Source: Octopus vulgaris | Lineage: Eukaryota | Direction: 5' to 3' | Assembly (NCBI GenBank): GCA_951406725.2 | Contig: OX597818.1 | Span: 19,716,001-19,780,000, forward strand | Length of the DNA stretch: 64,000 nt | In this document: one piece after another, positions 13,088 through 27,039 of the stretch | Position numbering within the stretch: position 1 is the first letter of the stretch | Layout: each line of letters starts with the position of its first letter | The notes under the pieces: model-generated | Told to the model about the DNA's origin: nothing | Databases searched by the model: none | What the model saw: the letters and a program-made list of their open reading frames with translations, nothing else | Translations under genes and position numbers: made by a program

Positions 13088-13613
13088 TTCTTCGGCAATT
13101 TTCGTAATTTTTTTTCCCCCAGCTGAATCGTTTATATTTGTGTATGTATGTATATTTTTGTTTGCTAGTTTTAGCAGATCGAGCGAATGCACGTTATCAC
13201 TGGTTAAGGATACTAACTTCGAATGGTGGATCCTGTAGACTAGTTGGAGCGTCTGAAACACTGTTTTTCAGTTCATTACATTTTGAGTTCAAATCTGACC
13301 GTGGTTAACTTTACTTCTGATTCCGAGATTGGAGTACCAGTCAAGAATGGGATTCGATGTAATGGACTAACGCCCCCCTTCGAAACTGCTGGCCTTCTAC
13401 TTGAATTCTTTTATCCTTTGTTTCAGTCGGACTGCGGCCATACTGGGGCACCGCCTTGAAGAATTTTAGTCGAACTTATGGACTCCATATACCTGTACAT
13501 GTTCTCTTTCGCCGAACCATCAACTAAATCCACCCACAAGGCTTTGGTCGGCTCGAGGCTAGTGGAAGACACTTGCCCAAGGTACCACATGGTAGGACTG
13601 AACCCGGAACCAC

Positions 13614-14373
13614 GAAAATTCTGTAGTTTGTAAGCTATTTGTTGTTTAATTTCTTGCATTTCGGCAATTTCAACCAATCAATGACGTCTATTGAGGTGAA
13701 TACAATTTCTCCGGTTCTTTGTCAACATTTTCTGGCGGTGTCATATCAATATGTCACTGTTATTTATGAGAAAAAAGATACCGTGACCATAAACTGAGGG
13801 GTCACTCGTAAACAGAGCTGGATAACAAAACTGTTCCCTCTTTAGTGTCCACCCATAATTATGACCCTAGTATCGATCTATTGCATTTCAATCTGGGTTA
13901 GGGTTAGTGTTAGGGTTAGCGGTGGGAGGAAGGGTATCTTTTTTTCTTCAGAAATGTAAATAAACCCAATCTGGTTCTTAAACAGAGAGGGAAATTAAAA
14001 CTGCATATGTTGTGAACTTAGAATATGTGTTTATTAATAAAAGTTTAATAACGATAATCTTTTATTCATACGAACGTAACTGATATGAAATATGTCATAA
14101 ATAACAGTGACAAATTGATATGACACCGCCAGAAAATGTTGTTGACAAAGAACCGGAGAAATTGTATTCACCTCAATAGACGTCATTGATTGGTTGAAAT
14201 TGCCGAAATGCAAGAAATTAAACAACAAATAGCTTACAAACTACAGAATTTTCTCAAGAATGCCAAGAGAAAAAGATGTTTTATGTAACACATTCTACCA
14301 GTACACGAAGTTTAAAAGTGTTTAATTACAAAGAAATTATTTTAAAAATCTGCCCGTCAAAGCGAAAAGATCC
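13614..14373. mobile_element. Long-TIR non-autonomous DNA transposon, left end truncated
   Basis: Inverted repeat about 13614-13769 / 14096-14254; right end ...GAAAAGATCC matches the 58349-58700 family; internal TTAGGG-like run at about 13898-13920. Confidence 0.85.
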
Positions 14374-14496
14374 TAAAAGTTTAATTTTATATGTACATAT
14401 GGGCGTAGCTGTGTAACAAAAAACTTTGATTCCCAACTCCGCGTTCAGTCATGCGGGTATGTCTTCTACTAGGCCGACTAAAGTCTTGCTAGTAGA

Positions 14497-14528
14497 CTAG
14501 CAATGAACACGCCGGGCAGTTGCCCGGC
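14497..14528 (-). mobile_element. Helitron 3' terminus
   Basis: Minus: GCCGGGC-AACT-GCCCGGC hairpin, 10 nt spacer, CTAG|T. Confidence 0.65.
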
Positions 14529-14559
14529 GGCCTCACTGGTCTTACGGGTTCGAATTTCT

Positions 14560-14760
14560 CTCTTTACTCTCTTTTACTTGTTTCAGTGCGGCCATGCTGG
14601 AGCACCGCCTGTAGTCGAGCACATCGACCCCAGATCTTATTCTTTGTAAGCCTAGTACTTATTCTATCGGTCTCTTTTTGCCGAACCGCTAAGTTACGAG
14701 GATGTAAACACACCAGCATCGGTTATCAAGCGATGTTGGGGGGACAAACACAGACACAAA

Positions 14761-14800
<40 letters not shown>

Positions 14801-14946
14801 TACGACAGGCTTCTTTCAGTTTCAGTCTACCAAATCCACTCACAAGGCTATAGTAAAAGACACTTGCCCAAGGTGCCACGCAGTGGGACTGAACCCGGAA
14901 CCATGTGGTTGGTAAGCAAGCTACTTACCACACAGCCACTCCTGCG
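14560..14946 (-). mobile_element. SINE family A
   Basis: Near full-length match to 111-542. Confidence 0.85.
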
Positions 14947-15398
14947 ACACTGCGATATAATTCACAATTTAGGCATTGTAATTATATATTTTATGCATTG
15001 TTTTATTGTGTGCATGACCCACCGGTCCTTGGAAAATTTGTTTTGCATGGAACTAATCCGTGATGCAAAAAACGTTGTTAACTACTGCTTTTAAAGATTT
15101 ACTCGATGACGATGCAGTTCACCCCAGCACATCTTTTAGTCTGGTGGCTATTAACTACAATACACTGTGCTTATCCTTAAATGGACACAAAGCTCACTCA
15201 CACATATTTATATATAAAATAATAAGGCAATCTTTCGTCTTTACCAATCAGCAGCTAGTACAACCTTGCTGGGCAGCTGAGCAGTTTTTTTGTTTTTTTA
15301 ACGCTAATTTGTCATAAGCTTAAATTTTTTGCCTTGTTAATTTCTATCCTTAAATGGACACAAAGCTCACTCACACATATTTATATATAAAATAATAA

Positions 15399-15827
15399 GG
15401 CAATCTTTCGTCTCTAGTAGACCTTTCCGTCGATTTCCGTAAATTTTTTTTTTTTTTTTACATATGGGCTTGCGGGAACTTTTGAAGTAATGAGAGCGAA
15501 AGAGACTAAGAGAAAGCGATTGTATGACGAGGGAAGTTCTTTTGAAGTTACCGTGCATGGGAAGCATTGATGTACATGTGTGTGTGTGTGTGTGTGTTTG
15601 ATGGGGTGTGGGAGACAGACAGTATGTTGTGTAAGTGAAGTGCTTCTGTTAGTGTGTGTGAAGAGAGAGTAATGTGTGAAAGAAAGAGATAACTGAAATT
15701 TTTTACTCGGTGTATGTGTATATGTATGTATATTACTTCAAAAGTTCCCGCAAGCCCATATGTAAAAAAAAAAATTTTTTTTACGGAAATCGACGGAAAG
15801 GTCTACTAGAGACGAAAGGCGATCGCC
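15399..15827. mobile_element. MITE with about 90 bp TIRs and 8-bp TSD
   Basis: GGC(A/G)ATC..CTTTCGTCTCTAGTAGACCTTTCCGTCG TIRs; AATAATAA at 15391-15398 and 15828-15835. Confidence 0.8.
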
Positions 15828-15959
15828 AATAATAAAATAAACGCAAAAATGATTCAAGCACTAAAAACAAGTTGGCCGCAGGTACTTCATATACAAAAAA
15901 AAAAAAAATGGTTAATGTTCACAAGAAAACAATATTTCGTCGATCGCCATTTGAAATGC

Positions 15960-16244
15960 GGTACTATTTAAGAAGAGTGGTCCTAGTGCGCGCATCCGCG
16001 CTAGCTAGTCGTGACTAGTCGATCCTTACTGTTTGTTTTATTTACTTTGTTTTAAAAAATTATTTACTTTGTGTGTTTGTGTTTTATTTACTTTGTTTTA
16101 CAAAAATGATTTACTTTGTGTAAAAAAAATTATTTTGTGTTTTATTTACTTTGCTAGGTAGTCGTTGTAGGATCGACTAGTCACGACTAGCTAGCGCGGA
16201 TGCGCGAGTGCGCGCACCCGGGACCGCTCTTCTTAAATAGTACC
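15960..16244. mobile_element. MITE with GGTAC termini and perfect 9-bp TSD
   Basis: TIR GGTACTATTTAAGAAGAG; TTGAAATGC at 15951-15959 and 16245-16253. Confidence 0.9.
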
Positions 16245-18189
16245 TTGAAATGCTAGTTGCTGATAAACAAAAATCCTGCACAGGACAATGTCGCCCTGGA
16301 CACAGAAAAACGAAGCTGTAGGCAGTCGAACGCCTATTCAATCAAGACCGACTTATCGTTAAACATACCAACACTGTAGACTTCACACAGCTTCTACTAC
16401 ACTAATGTCTTGAACCTGTCCTGCCTACCCTCTGTATATAATATTTATACCCTAGGGTCCGCTGTCAGCCGTCAACCGCAATCTCACCGGTCTCAGAAAG
16501 GCCTGCGAAGGCCATTGACTGAGAAAGGTCTTTCCAAGTTGTGTTAATGTACCATTCACTAAAATACAAATTAACTAAAAATAACTCATCTAAAAGTTAT
16601 TCATTTTTCAAAACCAGACAGCCGTTTCCTTTATCACCGAGTTGCCATAGTGATATTCTAAACTGCTTGTTGTAGTTGTCGACTGTAACTGACTTTCGAA
16701 TCCACTTTTATGTAGGAGAGAGTGAAAGAAACAAGATTGATTTACAACCCAATTCTGCCCTGGTTCAGCTGGCCTCTGATCAACAAGCATTCCAGCAGTG
16801 ACATTATATAGCTTTACTTTTTTCAGTGTATTAGAACCCTTTGTATGTTTTTTAAGCGGTAGAATGTGATTTGTCTGCTATTTCTAGCAGGTCGAGCGAC
16901 AACGCGAATGAGAGCCTCTCTTGTTGGTACGTCAACTCCTGTCGTTTATAGCTTGTAAACAGCAAGTATTATGTCAGTGTTATTTTTACAATCATTTAAT
17001 AAAAACAATACCAACTACTGAATTTTTTAAATAAATTATTCATTACTAAACATGAACTGTACTTTTAAAAAGCTCTGATTTCAGTTTACAAACAAAATAA
17101 TTTTAAAAACTTCCTGAATTCTCACTGAAGAAAAAGAGCCTAAGAATTGATGTTTATCACTAGCGCTGAAATATATATTTCAGTTGACAATGACGAGAGA
17201 CCTGTCAAATTTCATCTTTACGAACGAAAATAAGGAAGCCCTTTTCACCCCTCAGCAGAAAGACCCTTTGAGTTTGATAACAAAGAGAAATAATTTGGAG
17301 CTTCGAGTAATTTCCAAGCAAGAAGATTAATAACTTGGTAAGCTTCAGAGCTGTCAAATTTGTACATTTTAAAAGTGGGAAGGAATTTATTAAAATGCAA
17401 GAACACTTAAGCATTAACGCAAAACACTTGAGCATTCATATTATGTTATTCGAGTTTTCACTTCCTTTGCCACAAAAGGCGTATAAATGTAAACAAAAAA
17501 CAAAAAAAGAGCCAAGTTTTCTAGTTTTTTTGTTTTTTTTTGCGTAAGTTAACTTGAAGAGACTATTAAAATTTCGAAATGAAAATAGGATATGTCTATA
17601 TGCTATAGGCCAGACCTGTAATGATAAAAAGTCGATTTAACGTGTGGTGGTTAAAAGTAAATAATAAAAACATGCATTTTAATAAAACCCAAGTTTTGAT
17701 TCCATAGCCTAAAACAAGTACCAAGTTATCTTTTTTCTCAGACTCAAAAGACTTTCTCACAAAAAAACGTTTTCTTTAAATAAATTATAGTGTGGAGAAA
17801 TTCAATATTAAAATTTTGTATCATACACTTCATATGTGAAATAGTTGTTTAGGCCTGGTAACCGAAACTTCCAGCATAAAATATGTATTGTCAAACGGAT
17901 AAAGAAAACACAAGACATTAATTGAAAATATCCAGAAAAAAATTTATATCGTAATTTAATACAGAACAATTCTTATAAGGAGTATAATAATAATGACAGG
18001 AAAATGTCCTTCTAATGGGCCATTGTAAAATAAATGTTTGTAACGAAGTAGCTCACCTATGTGAAATTGTCCATTTTCAGGATCAGTTTTTTTTTTTCCT
18101 TTATAAAGTTCGATGATTCAGATTCTTCTAAAGTGAGATGAGAAAATTTAAAGATCATTTGTTTTAGTTTTTTTTTGTTTTTTTTTTTT

Positions 18190-18708
18190 TTAACATTTCT
18201 GAATGGGAATAAGTCTTTCGGACGGAGCTTCAATTGCTTCTGGTGCAGGTGCTTCAATATGAAGGACCCCGTCCTTGGTGAGAATCGATGATAACTTCAG
18301 AGGGTCCACAGATTTTGGAAGAGTGTAATGCCGACTAAACTCCCTGTATACTTGTTTCTGTGGGGTTTTTTCTTCGTGCTTGGCTTGTATATGTAAAGTG
18401 TTGTCGGTAGTCTTGACGCATATTTCATCGGGTTTAAAGTTACTAACATCGAAGCGCAACGCCAGTTTTTTGTTACCTTCACTGTCTTTGACAATAGGGT
18501 TTTCAACTTGGAGCATGTTTGTTTTACCGAAATCTTCAATACTCAACGGTTCCAGTTTAAACAAATCTTTACGAATTCTATCTAATTCTAGATCGAATCT
18601 TTTAAATTCATCTTCCATATTCTTATGGATTTCCGAAAATAAGCTCCTTTGTCTGTCAAAGAACCCCCAGGGCATTGTGCTCAACGGAATCATTAAATCG
18701 CGAGACAT
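18190..18708 (-). CDS. Small heat shock protein (HSP20/alpha-crystallin domain), 172 aa, intronless
   Basis: Intact ATG to TAA; alpha-crystallin motifs FDVSNFKPDEICVK, AKHEEK, REFSRHYTLP, SSILTKDGVLHIEAP; C-terminal IPI motif. Confidence 0.95.
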   Translation of the reverse strand: MSRDLMIPLSTMPWGFFDRQRSLFSEIHKNMEDEFKRFDLELDRIRKDLFKLEPLSIEDFGKTNMLQVENPIVKDSEGNKKLALRFDVSNFKPDEICVKTTDNTLHIQAKHEEKTPQKQVYREFSRHYTLPKSVDPLKLSSILTKDGVLHIEAPAPEAIEAPSERLIPIQKC

Positions 18709-18799
18709 GGTTAAATGTTAGTTGCGTACAACTGCTTCTGATTTGTAAACAGAACAACTGCAGACACCGTGTTTGATAGTCAGAGAGGCGAGGGCTGGC

Positions 18800-18806
18800 T
18801 TTTATA
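18800..18806 (-). promoter_or_regulatory. TATA box of the sHSP gene
   Basis: TATAAAA on the minus strand about 92 nt upstream of the ATG. Confidence 0.8.
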
Positions 18807-18825
18807 GTTGCAAGCAAGCGTTAGT

Positions 18826-18860
18826 GGAAGGTGGGAGAAGATAGTAGAATGTACAAGAAA
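18826..18860. promoter_or_regulatory. Proximal step-type heat shock element
   Basis: GAA at 18827, 18837, 18847 and 18857 (exact 10-bp period), 20-55 bp upstream of the TATA box. Confidence 0.6.
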
Positions 18861-19008
18861 GAGTAAGAGTGTCAGTGTGTGCGTATCAGTATGAGTGAAA
18901 GGTCGTGTGTGTACGTGATTTGAAAGGATGAATTTATGAATGTGTGAGTATGAGTGAGAGTCTAAGTGTGAGTGTCTAAGTGTGAGTGTGCGCGAGATAA
19001 TCCACACG

Positions 19009-19057
19009 CTTCTAGCAGGCGAAGGAAATTTCTCGACTTCTCTATAGGCTGACGTCA
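19009..19057. promoter_or_regulatory. Imperfect HSE plus perfect CRE
   Basis: In-register cTTCt/aGCAg/-/gGAAa/tTTCt/cGACt (19009-19038); TGACGTCA at 19050-19057. Confidence 0.6.
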
Positions 19058-19188
19058 CCGCATTAGTTTTATTAATCTTATATTTTGATATCGATAACTT
19101 TCTTCACAACATGCCCTGTAGAAATGTTTTCTTAGAAGCATTTGAGTTCTAGACTATTTTCTACAAAGTGTTAAAATTTTTAAAGAGC

Positions 19189-19203
19189 ATTCGAGAATTT
19201 TCT
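19189..19203. promoter_or_regulatory. Perfect three-unit HSE
   Basis: aTTCg aGAAt tTTCt. Confidence 0.65.
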
Positions 19204-20307
19204 TTTTTAAAAAAGTTAATCATTTATGACATCACAAAAATTACTCCGTCCACTTTTACTTTTTTCTGTTTATCTATACACTGCTACCTAATATCGATTA
19301 TTATTGTTGTTGCTCCAGTTCATTGATCTTTGACCAGAGGCATTGCACCTTTGACCAGCCATGTACCCTGAATTATATCACCATTCCTATCTTTATGACA
19401 CTAGGGTATGATTTAAAGATTTAATTGCTGTTTTTGTCCCCAGGTCAACTTGACCGAGTTGACAGTCATCAAAGGCACTCTACCAGTGACCATCCCAGCT
19501 TTTAATGGGTATTCAGAACCATTTTTTATTCAATGTACTCTTTCCATTTTTAAGACAGTAAGTTCGAATTTGAAGGTAGTTTGACTGCTATTTCTAACAG
19601 TCCTGACGATCATGATATGTTTACAAAAATGAAAACCTCACATTTACTGATGATAAATGAGATTTATATTATACTAATGTTTTATCAGTGTTTTATTTCA
19701 ATATTATTATCTATTTCAGAGTACCTCGCTAGATTTTACTGTATGGGTAATCTTTCGGTTTTGGTTGACGACGTCATTCGCTTCCTTATTCAGCCTCGTC
19801 TCTTTATCTGCTGTATGTAATAGATCAAAACACCTTCCCTTTATATAAAATCTCTTCGTGGTCTGAAAAAGAAAGGTATCCACCAGTCTCAAAATGTATT
19901 TTGTCAAACAGCATTAGTAACTAACAAAAAAGCTACAACCGGAGAGTGTTGCTAAGCAACAGATATTCTCAACCTTTTTTGTAGTTCAACACCCTATTTC
20001 CAGGAACAGCTTTTCAAAAACGTCGTCTCTCCATGTTTAAAACAACAGAATATTCCAAACAAACTGTGTGCAAACCATTACACACCGATGTTTTCTTATA
20101 CTGTCCCCATATACATACAACACGAGCCTTAGATATTTTGTTTTTTAATGAAAATTACGATAGAGAGCGACGGCTTATACAACGAAATTGTAATGAATAT
20201 AGGCACATCATCACTCATTTTTACTGCTCACTTGATGATAAATATAATGCCTATACGTATTCTAATCGCAAGATTTTTTTTTCTTTTATTACTCTTTTAA
20301 ATATGTG

Positions 20308-20525
20308 GTCGGCGAGCGGGCAGAATCGTTCGCCCATCGGGCAAAATGCTTTCCGACATTTCGTCCGCTTTACATTCTGAGCTAAACAAATCTGCCGAGG
20401 TCGACTTTACCTTTCATACTTTTGGAACCGATAAAATAAGTACCAGTTGAACACTGAGTCGATGTAATCGACTTACCCCTCCCCCAAAATTTCAGCCCTT
20501 GTCCTATAGTAAAAAGGATTATTCT
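20308..20525 (+). mobile_element. SINE family B
   Basis: GGCGAGC.GGCAGAATCGTT head plus the GTCGACTTT.CCTTTCAT core. Confidence 0.8.
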
Positions 20526-21201
20526 TTTAAATATGTTAAAATGTTATTTCTGGAGGAGGTAGGGCTCACATCACCCAGAGCCGCTCGTGATGCCCATTTG
20601 ACATTTGCTGCTTCTTTTGAGCTCACAATGCCCCAACAGTAGGTTCGTCTTATCAGTATTTTTGACCCCCAGGCAATTGAGTGCACTGGGTCCACTGACT
20701 AGGGAACGAAATTTGCTTAGGAGTGCAAACCGAGGTCCAAAATCTTTTACAAACATGGACTTACTGGATTTTGGGGTTTTTTATTTATTTATTTATTTAT
20801 TTTTGTTCTTTGAGAAGAAACCTAACTTCAAACTACTTCTTACAGATCACGTTTTACGCTGTTTTCTAAACCTGCAAAAAGTAAACAGGGACGCAAATTT
20901 TAATTTTGTACCCCTAAAATATTTTAGGAGGTGCGCTTGCACCAACTGTACCCGAGCCCATGACTGGTTTGCAGTATTTGTTTTTGTAACTGCAAGCCAC
21001 AAATACATAGAACAGAACTGGCCACTAGACTTGTGGACCCCGAGCAACCGCGCAATGTACCTATGCCCCATGACGTCACTGTCTCCTAGGTAGCGTTGTT
21101 GCCCAGGCTTTGAACCACTGCTAAATGACAGCCGTCCGTAGATCTAATCTACGACACCCAGACCTTCATTAAACTAGAAAATCCAGTATATAGTACATTG
21201 C

Positions 21202-21342
21202 TGGCGTGACTGTGTGGTAAGAAGTTTGCTTCTCAATCACATGGTTCCGGGTTCAATCCCACTACGTGGCACCTTGGGCGAGTGTCCTTGACCGATCAAA
21301 GCCTTGTGAGTGGCTTTGGTAGACGGAAACTTAAAGAAGCCC

Positions 21343-21373
<31 letters not shown>

Positions 21374-21812
21374 CATGCATGCATACATATATATAAATTA
21401 GGGTACCGAAATATCATCTTGCTAGAAATAGGAGTCAACACACCAAAACCACAAATTTCTCACTCTTTATTTGTATATTTTGCTTAAGTTAAACATGCTG
21501 TCCATTTTATTATTATTGTTATTTTTAATAATGGTAATAATACTTTATTAAATTTTAAATTTTATATATACGTGTGTGTGTTGTGTGTATATCTTTGTGT
21601 CTGTGTTTGTCCCCCACTACTGCTTGACAACTGGTGTTGGTGTGTTTGCGTCCCCGCAACTTAGCGGTTCGGTAAAAAAAAAAACGATAGCATAAGTATT
21701 AGACTTGAAAAAGAATATAAGTACTGGAGTCGCTCCATTCGACTAAAATTCTTCAAGGTGATGCCCCAGCATGGCCGCAGTCTAATGACTAAAACAAGTG
21801 AACGATAAAAGG
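21202..21812 (+). mobile_element. SINE family A with extra sequence in its central microsatellite
   Basis: Head 21202-21343, tail half about 21590-21812, unrelated 21397-21560 between them. Confidence 0.75.
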
Positions 21813-22441
21813 TAAATAGTCAAGCGGTTGGATACAGGTAGAATAACTGACTGAGTGATGATCTTAAAGTAAGCTTCAGTCACGACGTTCACCGTGTTCG
21901 ATCTCATTGCTTTCTACTCGGGTTGACCCAAATCAGTGACAGAAGTTGCGTAGATAGAAATTGTGTGAAGCCTGTTCACGTTATGTTATGCAAGATCTGT
22001 TTGAGGATTACTTTAAAGCAGACGTGAGCAACATTTTATGAGGAGCCAGCCGCATGAGGCATGACTCATCATCAGACGGGCCACGCTACTGAAGAACTTT
22101 AAACTCTTCTGTTACCATATTTCTGTTGAAATACACTATCTTTTATTCTTTTACTTCTTTCAGTCATGTCATTTGATTGCGGCCATGCTGGAGTGCCGCC
22201 TTAAAGGGTTTTAGTCGAAGAAATTGCCTTATCCTTCATGAGCCTAGCACTTATTCTATCGGTAACTTTTGCCGAACCGCTAGGCTACGGGGACGTAAAC
22301 ACGCCAACATCGGTTGTCGAGTTATGGTGGGGGACAAACACAGACACCGAAACGCGCGCGACTGTTTGCTTTCAGTCTTCGTCAACCAAATCCACTCACA
22401 AAGCATCAATCAGCTCGGGGCTACATATAAGACACAAGTTG

Positions 22442-22490
<49 letters not shown>

Positions 22491-22495
<5 letters not shown>

Positions 22496-22643
22496 AATCT
22501 CTGAACGAGGTATAAACAGTGGCTGCACGACAATGTGAGGTATATTTGCCAATTAAATGTGGCAAATATACTTCTCCTGGGGCTACAAGCTACAGTAGCA
22601 TCCACCCTTAGTGGTTGGCCACATTTAAGTGGCAAATATACTT

Positions 22644-22720
<77 letters not shown>

Positions 22721-22868
22721 AATCTCTGAACGAGGTATAAACAGTGGCTGCACGACAATGTGAGGTATATTTGCCAATTAAATGTGGCAAATATACTTCT
22801 CCTGGGGCTACAAGCTACAGTAGCATCCACCCTTAGTGGTTGGCCACATTTAAGTGGCAAATATACTT

Positions 22869-22870
<2 letters not shown>
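22491..22870. repeat. 225-bp-period tandem duplicate of a retrozyme-related fragment
   Basis: Identical about 155 bp units at 22491 and 22716 separated by (CA)n(TA)n; first about 35 bp match 35959 onward. Confidence 0.9.
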
Positions 22871-22925
<55 letters not shown>

Positions 22926-23794
22926 ATGTATGTATGTGTGTGTGTGTGTGTGTGTGTGTATATGACGGGTTTTTTTCAACTTCCGTCTACCAGATCCACT
23001 CACAAGGGTTTGGTCGGCCCGAGACTACAGCAGAAGACACTTGCCCAAGTTGCCACGCAGGGGGATTGAAACCGGAACCATGTGGTTGGGAAGCAAACTT
23101 CTTACCACACAGCCACGCCCGTTTCAATTAATTTTGAAATTTATGTACAACTTAATAACTTAATATGTTAGCATAAAATTTTGGTGGAAATATTTCGTTT
23201 AGATCCCTTAAAAACAGGAAGCCCATTTTATAGAGTCAAGGCAGTTTGGGGCAGGTTGGCATCAGAAGGGTTAAAGTAATTTTTCAGTAGGCGAGCCATC
23301 CAGAAAGTACTGCGGATGGCAGGTTGCCCACAACTGTTTTAAGGAATGAAAGTGTTTGTGGTATATTCAACCACTTGCATGCTAATAGAATGAGTCAAAA
23401 GTTTAGTTAATCGAAACTGGAAGACTCAACCGAAACCGATGAATGATCCATTTACAGAAGTTCCCTCCTCCACGCACACACACACACACACACACACACG
23501 TTGGCCAAGTAACAAGGTGTGATTCACACATCTATATTCACTCAAGATTTACGCTACCTAAAGGATAGCATAATGTTGAGTGAGATTTGGCTGCTATTTC
23601 TAACAGGGTGAACGACCTCTTAAGAGGCTTACTCGTGTTTTTAAACAGGTGTTTCATTAACACTTTTATAGCATTTCTATACATTGGGCCGACTATATGT
23701 GCAGTAACCTAAATTTTGAATTAAGCGCGCGCGCACACACACAAACACATGCGCTGTAAGCTGAAACACACAAGTATATATATATAAATAGATA

Positions 23795-24677
23795 AATTAA
23801 TAAATAAAACATATGCATATATACATACATATATGTACTACCTACCTCTACATGTATATATACATGCATATATGGGTGGTGGTGGTGACCCCCTTCGGTC
23901 AGACACTGACCATGATTTTGCACCTAGAGAGTTACCCTCTGAGGCACAAGTCTGGGCAAGGTTGTTTTTTGTTTTTTGTTTTTTGTTTTTTATGGAAGAC
24001 CAGCAGTCCCCCATGCATACCGGCCTCCTCTCTCCACGTCACCGATGTTGCCCAAGGGAAAGGCAAGGGCCGATACAGCTTGGCACCTGTGACGCCGCAA
24101 CTCATTTCTACAGCTGAGTGAACTGGAGCAACGTGAAATAAAGTGTCTTGCTCAAGAACACAACACGCAGCCCGGTCCGGGATTCAAGCTCACAACCTCA
24201 CGATCGTAAGCTCGACGCTTTAACCACTGAGCCACGCGCCTTCACATATATGGGTACAGGACACCAAAAACACGTCGAACACAATGAGAAACGAAAACAT
24301 AAACACAAAACCAAGGAACTGGACATTTTTCATAAGCAACGAAAAAGTAGAGTACAGGACAAATATTACAAGGAAAATTCCCCTTCTTCAGTCGCCATGG
24401 TTTCATCTACTCTGCGTTTCGAAGGGGAATTTTCCTTGTGTTATTTGTCCTGTACTCTATCTTTTCGTTGTTTAAGAAAAATGTCCAGTTCCTTGGTTTT
24501 GTGTTTATGTTTTCGTTTCTCATTGTGTTCGACGTTTAAAAACACGAGTAAGCCTCTAAGAGGTCGTTCACGTTTTTTTTTGGTGTCCTGTACCCATATA
24601 TGCGTGTATATATACATGTAGAGGTAGGTACGTACATATATGTATGTATATATGCATATGTTTTGTTTATTAATTTG
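23795..24677. repeat. Long inverted repeat (fold-back element) interrupted by a SINE
   Basis: Left arm 23795-23877 plus 24245-24386; right arm 24421-24677; 34-nt spacer. Confidence 0.85.
23878..24244 (-). mobile_element. tRNA-derived SINE family C with 11-bp TSD
   Basis: Head GGCGCGTGGCTCAGTGGTT..., (ACC)n tail; CATATATGGGT at 23867-23877 and 24245-24255. Confidence 0.9.
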
Positions 24678-24724
24678 TTATATGACGGAACGCACGCATC
24701 CATTTCTAAGTAAGATTGTTCTTG

Positions 24725-24759
<35 letters not shown>

Positions 24760-24963
24760 TATATCGGAAGGTTTGGAGATGATGTACAGGTATTATATAT
24801 TAGAAAAATTGAGGTATCAGATCAGATGGTTCATATTTGTAGATATTTATTTATATATTACATTTTTACATATATATCATATCATTCGGATTAGCGCTTG
24901 CTCCCATTCTAGTGGGTTTTCAAATCAAATCAGTTGTGTAGTTTGAACCTTTTATATATATAG

Positions 24964-25490
<527 letters not shown>

Positions 25491-25869
25491 CAGTGAAACA
25501 CTGCGGTCGATGTAATCGACTAATCCTCTCCCAACAAATTTGAGGCCTTGTGCCTCCAGTTGAAAGGATTATTATTGTTGTTGTAGTTTCTACTGCTGTT
25601 GTTGTTCTTCTTCTTCCAATCAGGACTCACGCCATTAGCCAATTCGAGCCTACTCTAAGCTACTAAGAATGCGTGTGGCAACTTGAAGATCCACCCACCA
25701 TGCGCAATAGACTGGCAGTTGCACGGGCGCGAAAGCTACGATGTTATCCTCATTCCGTAAACAGTGGCTTTTAATGGGTGGAGAGCTGAACCATCCTGGG
25801 GTACAGAGGATTCGCAATCTAGACTAGGGTTAAAAGTTTACCACACCATAGTAGGGTTACACCATGGTT

Positions 25870-26435
<566 letters not shown>

Positions 26436-26557
26436 TTATCATTATTAATATTTAGCAGAAGTAATAGAGTGACTCAAAGTCCGAGAGTTCCGTGCGTGTA
26501 ATAAAAATATACATATATTCATATTTTGAGTTCTATTTTTCATGTTTGCACCAACAT

Positions 26558-26626
<69 letters not shown>

Positions 26627-27039
26627 CGTGCGTGCATGCGTGTGTGTACACATGCACACACGTGCTACGTGTATGTATGTGTGTTGGAAATACGTCTGTA
26701 TATATACTATTCTGTTACAGAGACGAAGAGTGCTGAATGTCAACCTGTATAAGGGTCAAAGAGCGTTATTTTATATAGGACTAATTCCCATGGAAGATAT
26801 ACGTCAATGTGCATATAATGTTGATATAAGCTTCAACACGTATATGTGTGTGTGTGTGTACACCATCAGTCTAACTGTTCCCTCGCTTCACTCTCACACG
26901 AAGCAGAGAATCAGTCCATTCATGGCCTTCTCGTTTCTTCCGTGGTATAGTCATTATAAATTTTAATTTCATTACTCTGTTCGAAAATAAAAAATGGGTC
27001 CTATATTCACAATATCACCTCTGCCAAGTCTGTGATAGA

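Noticed and set aside
13898-13920. TTAGGG-like run
   Set aside because: Only 3-4 imperfect units inside a transposon; not a telomere.
18380-18721. 113-aa plus-strand ORF
   Set aside because: Antisense shadow of the sHSP CDS.
24160-24241. tRNA-like sequence with A and B boxes (also near 26000, 29600, 45885)
   Set aside because: SINE heads continuing into SINE bodies with TSDs; no complete acceptor stem.
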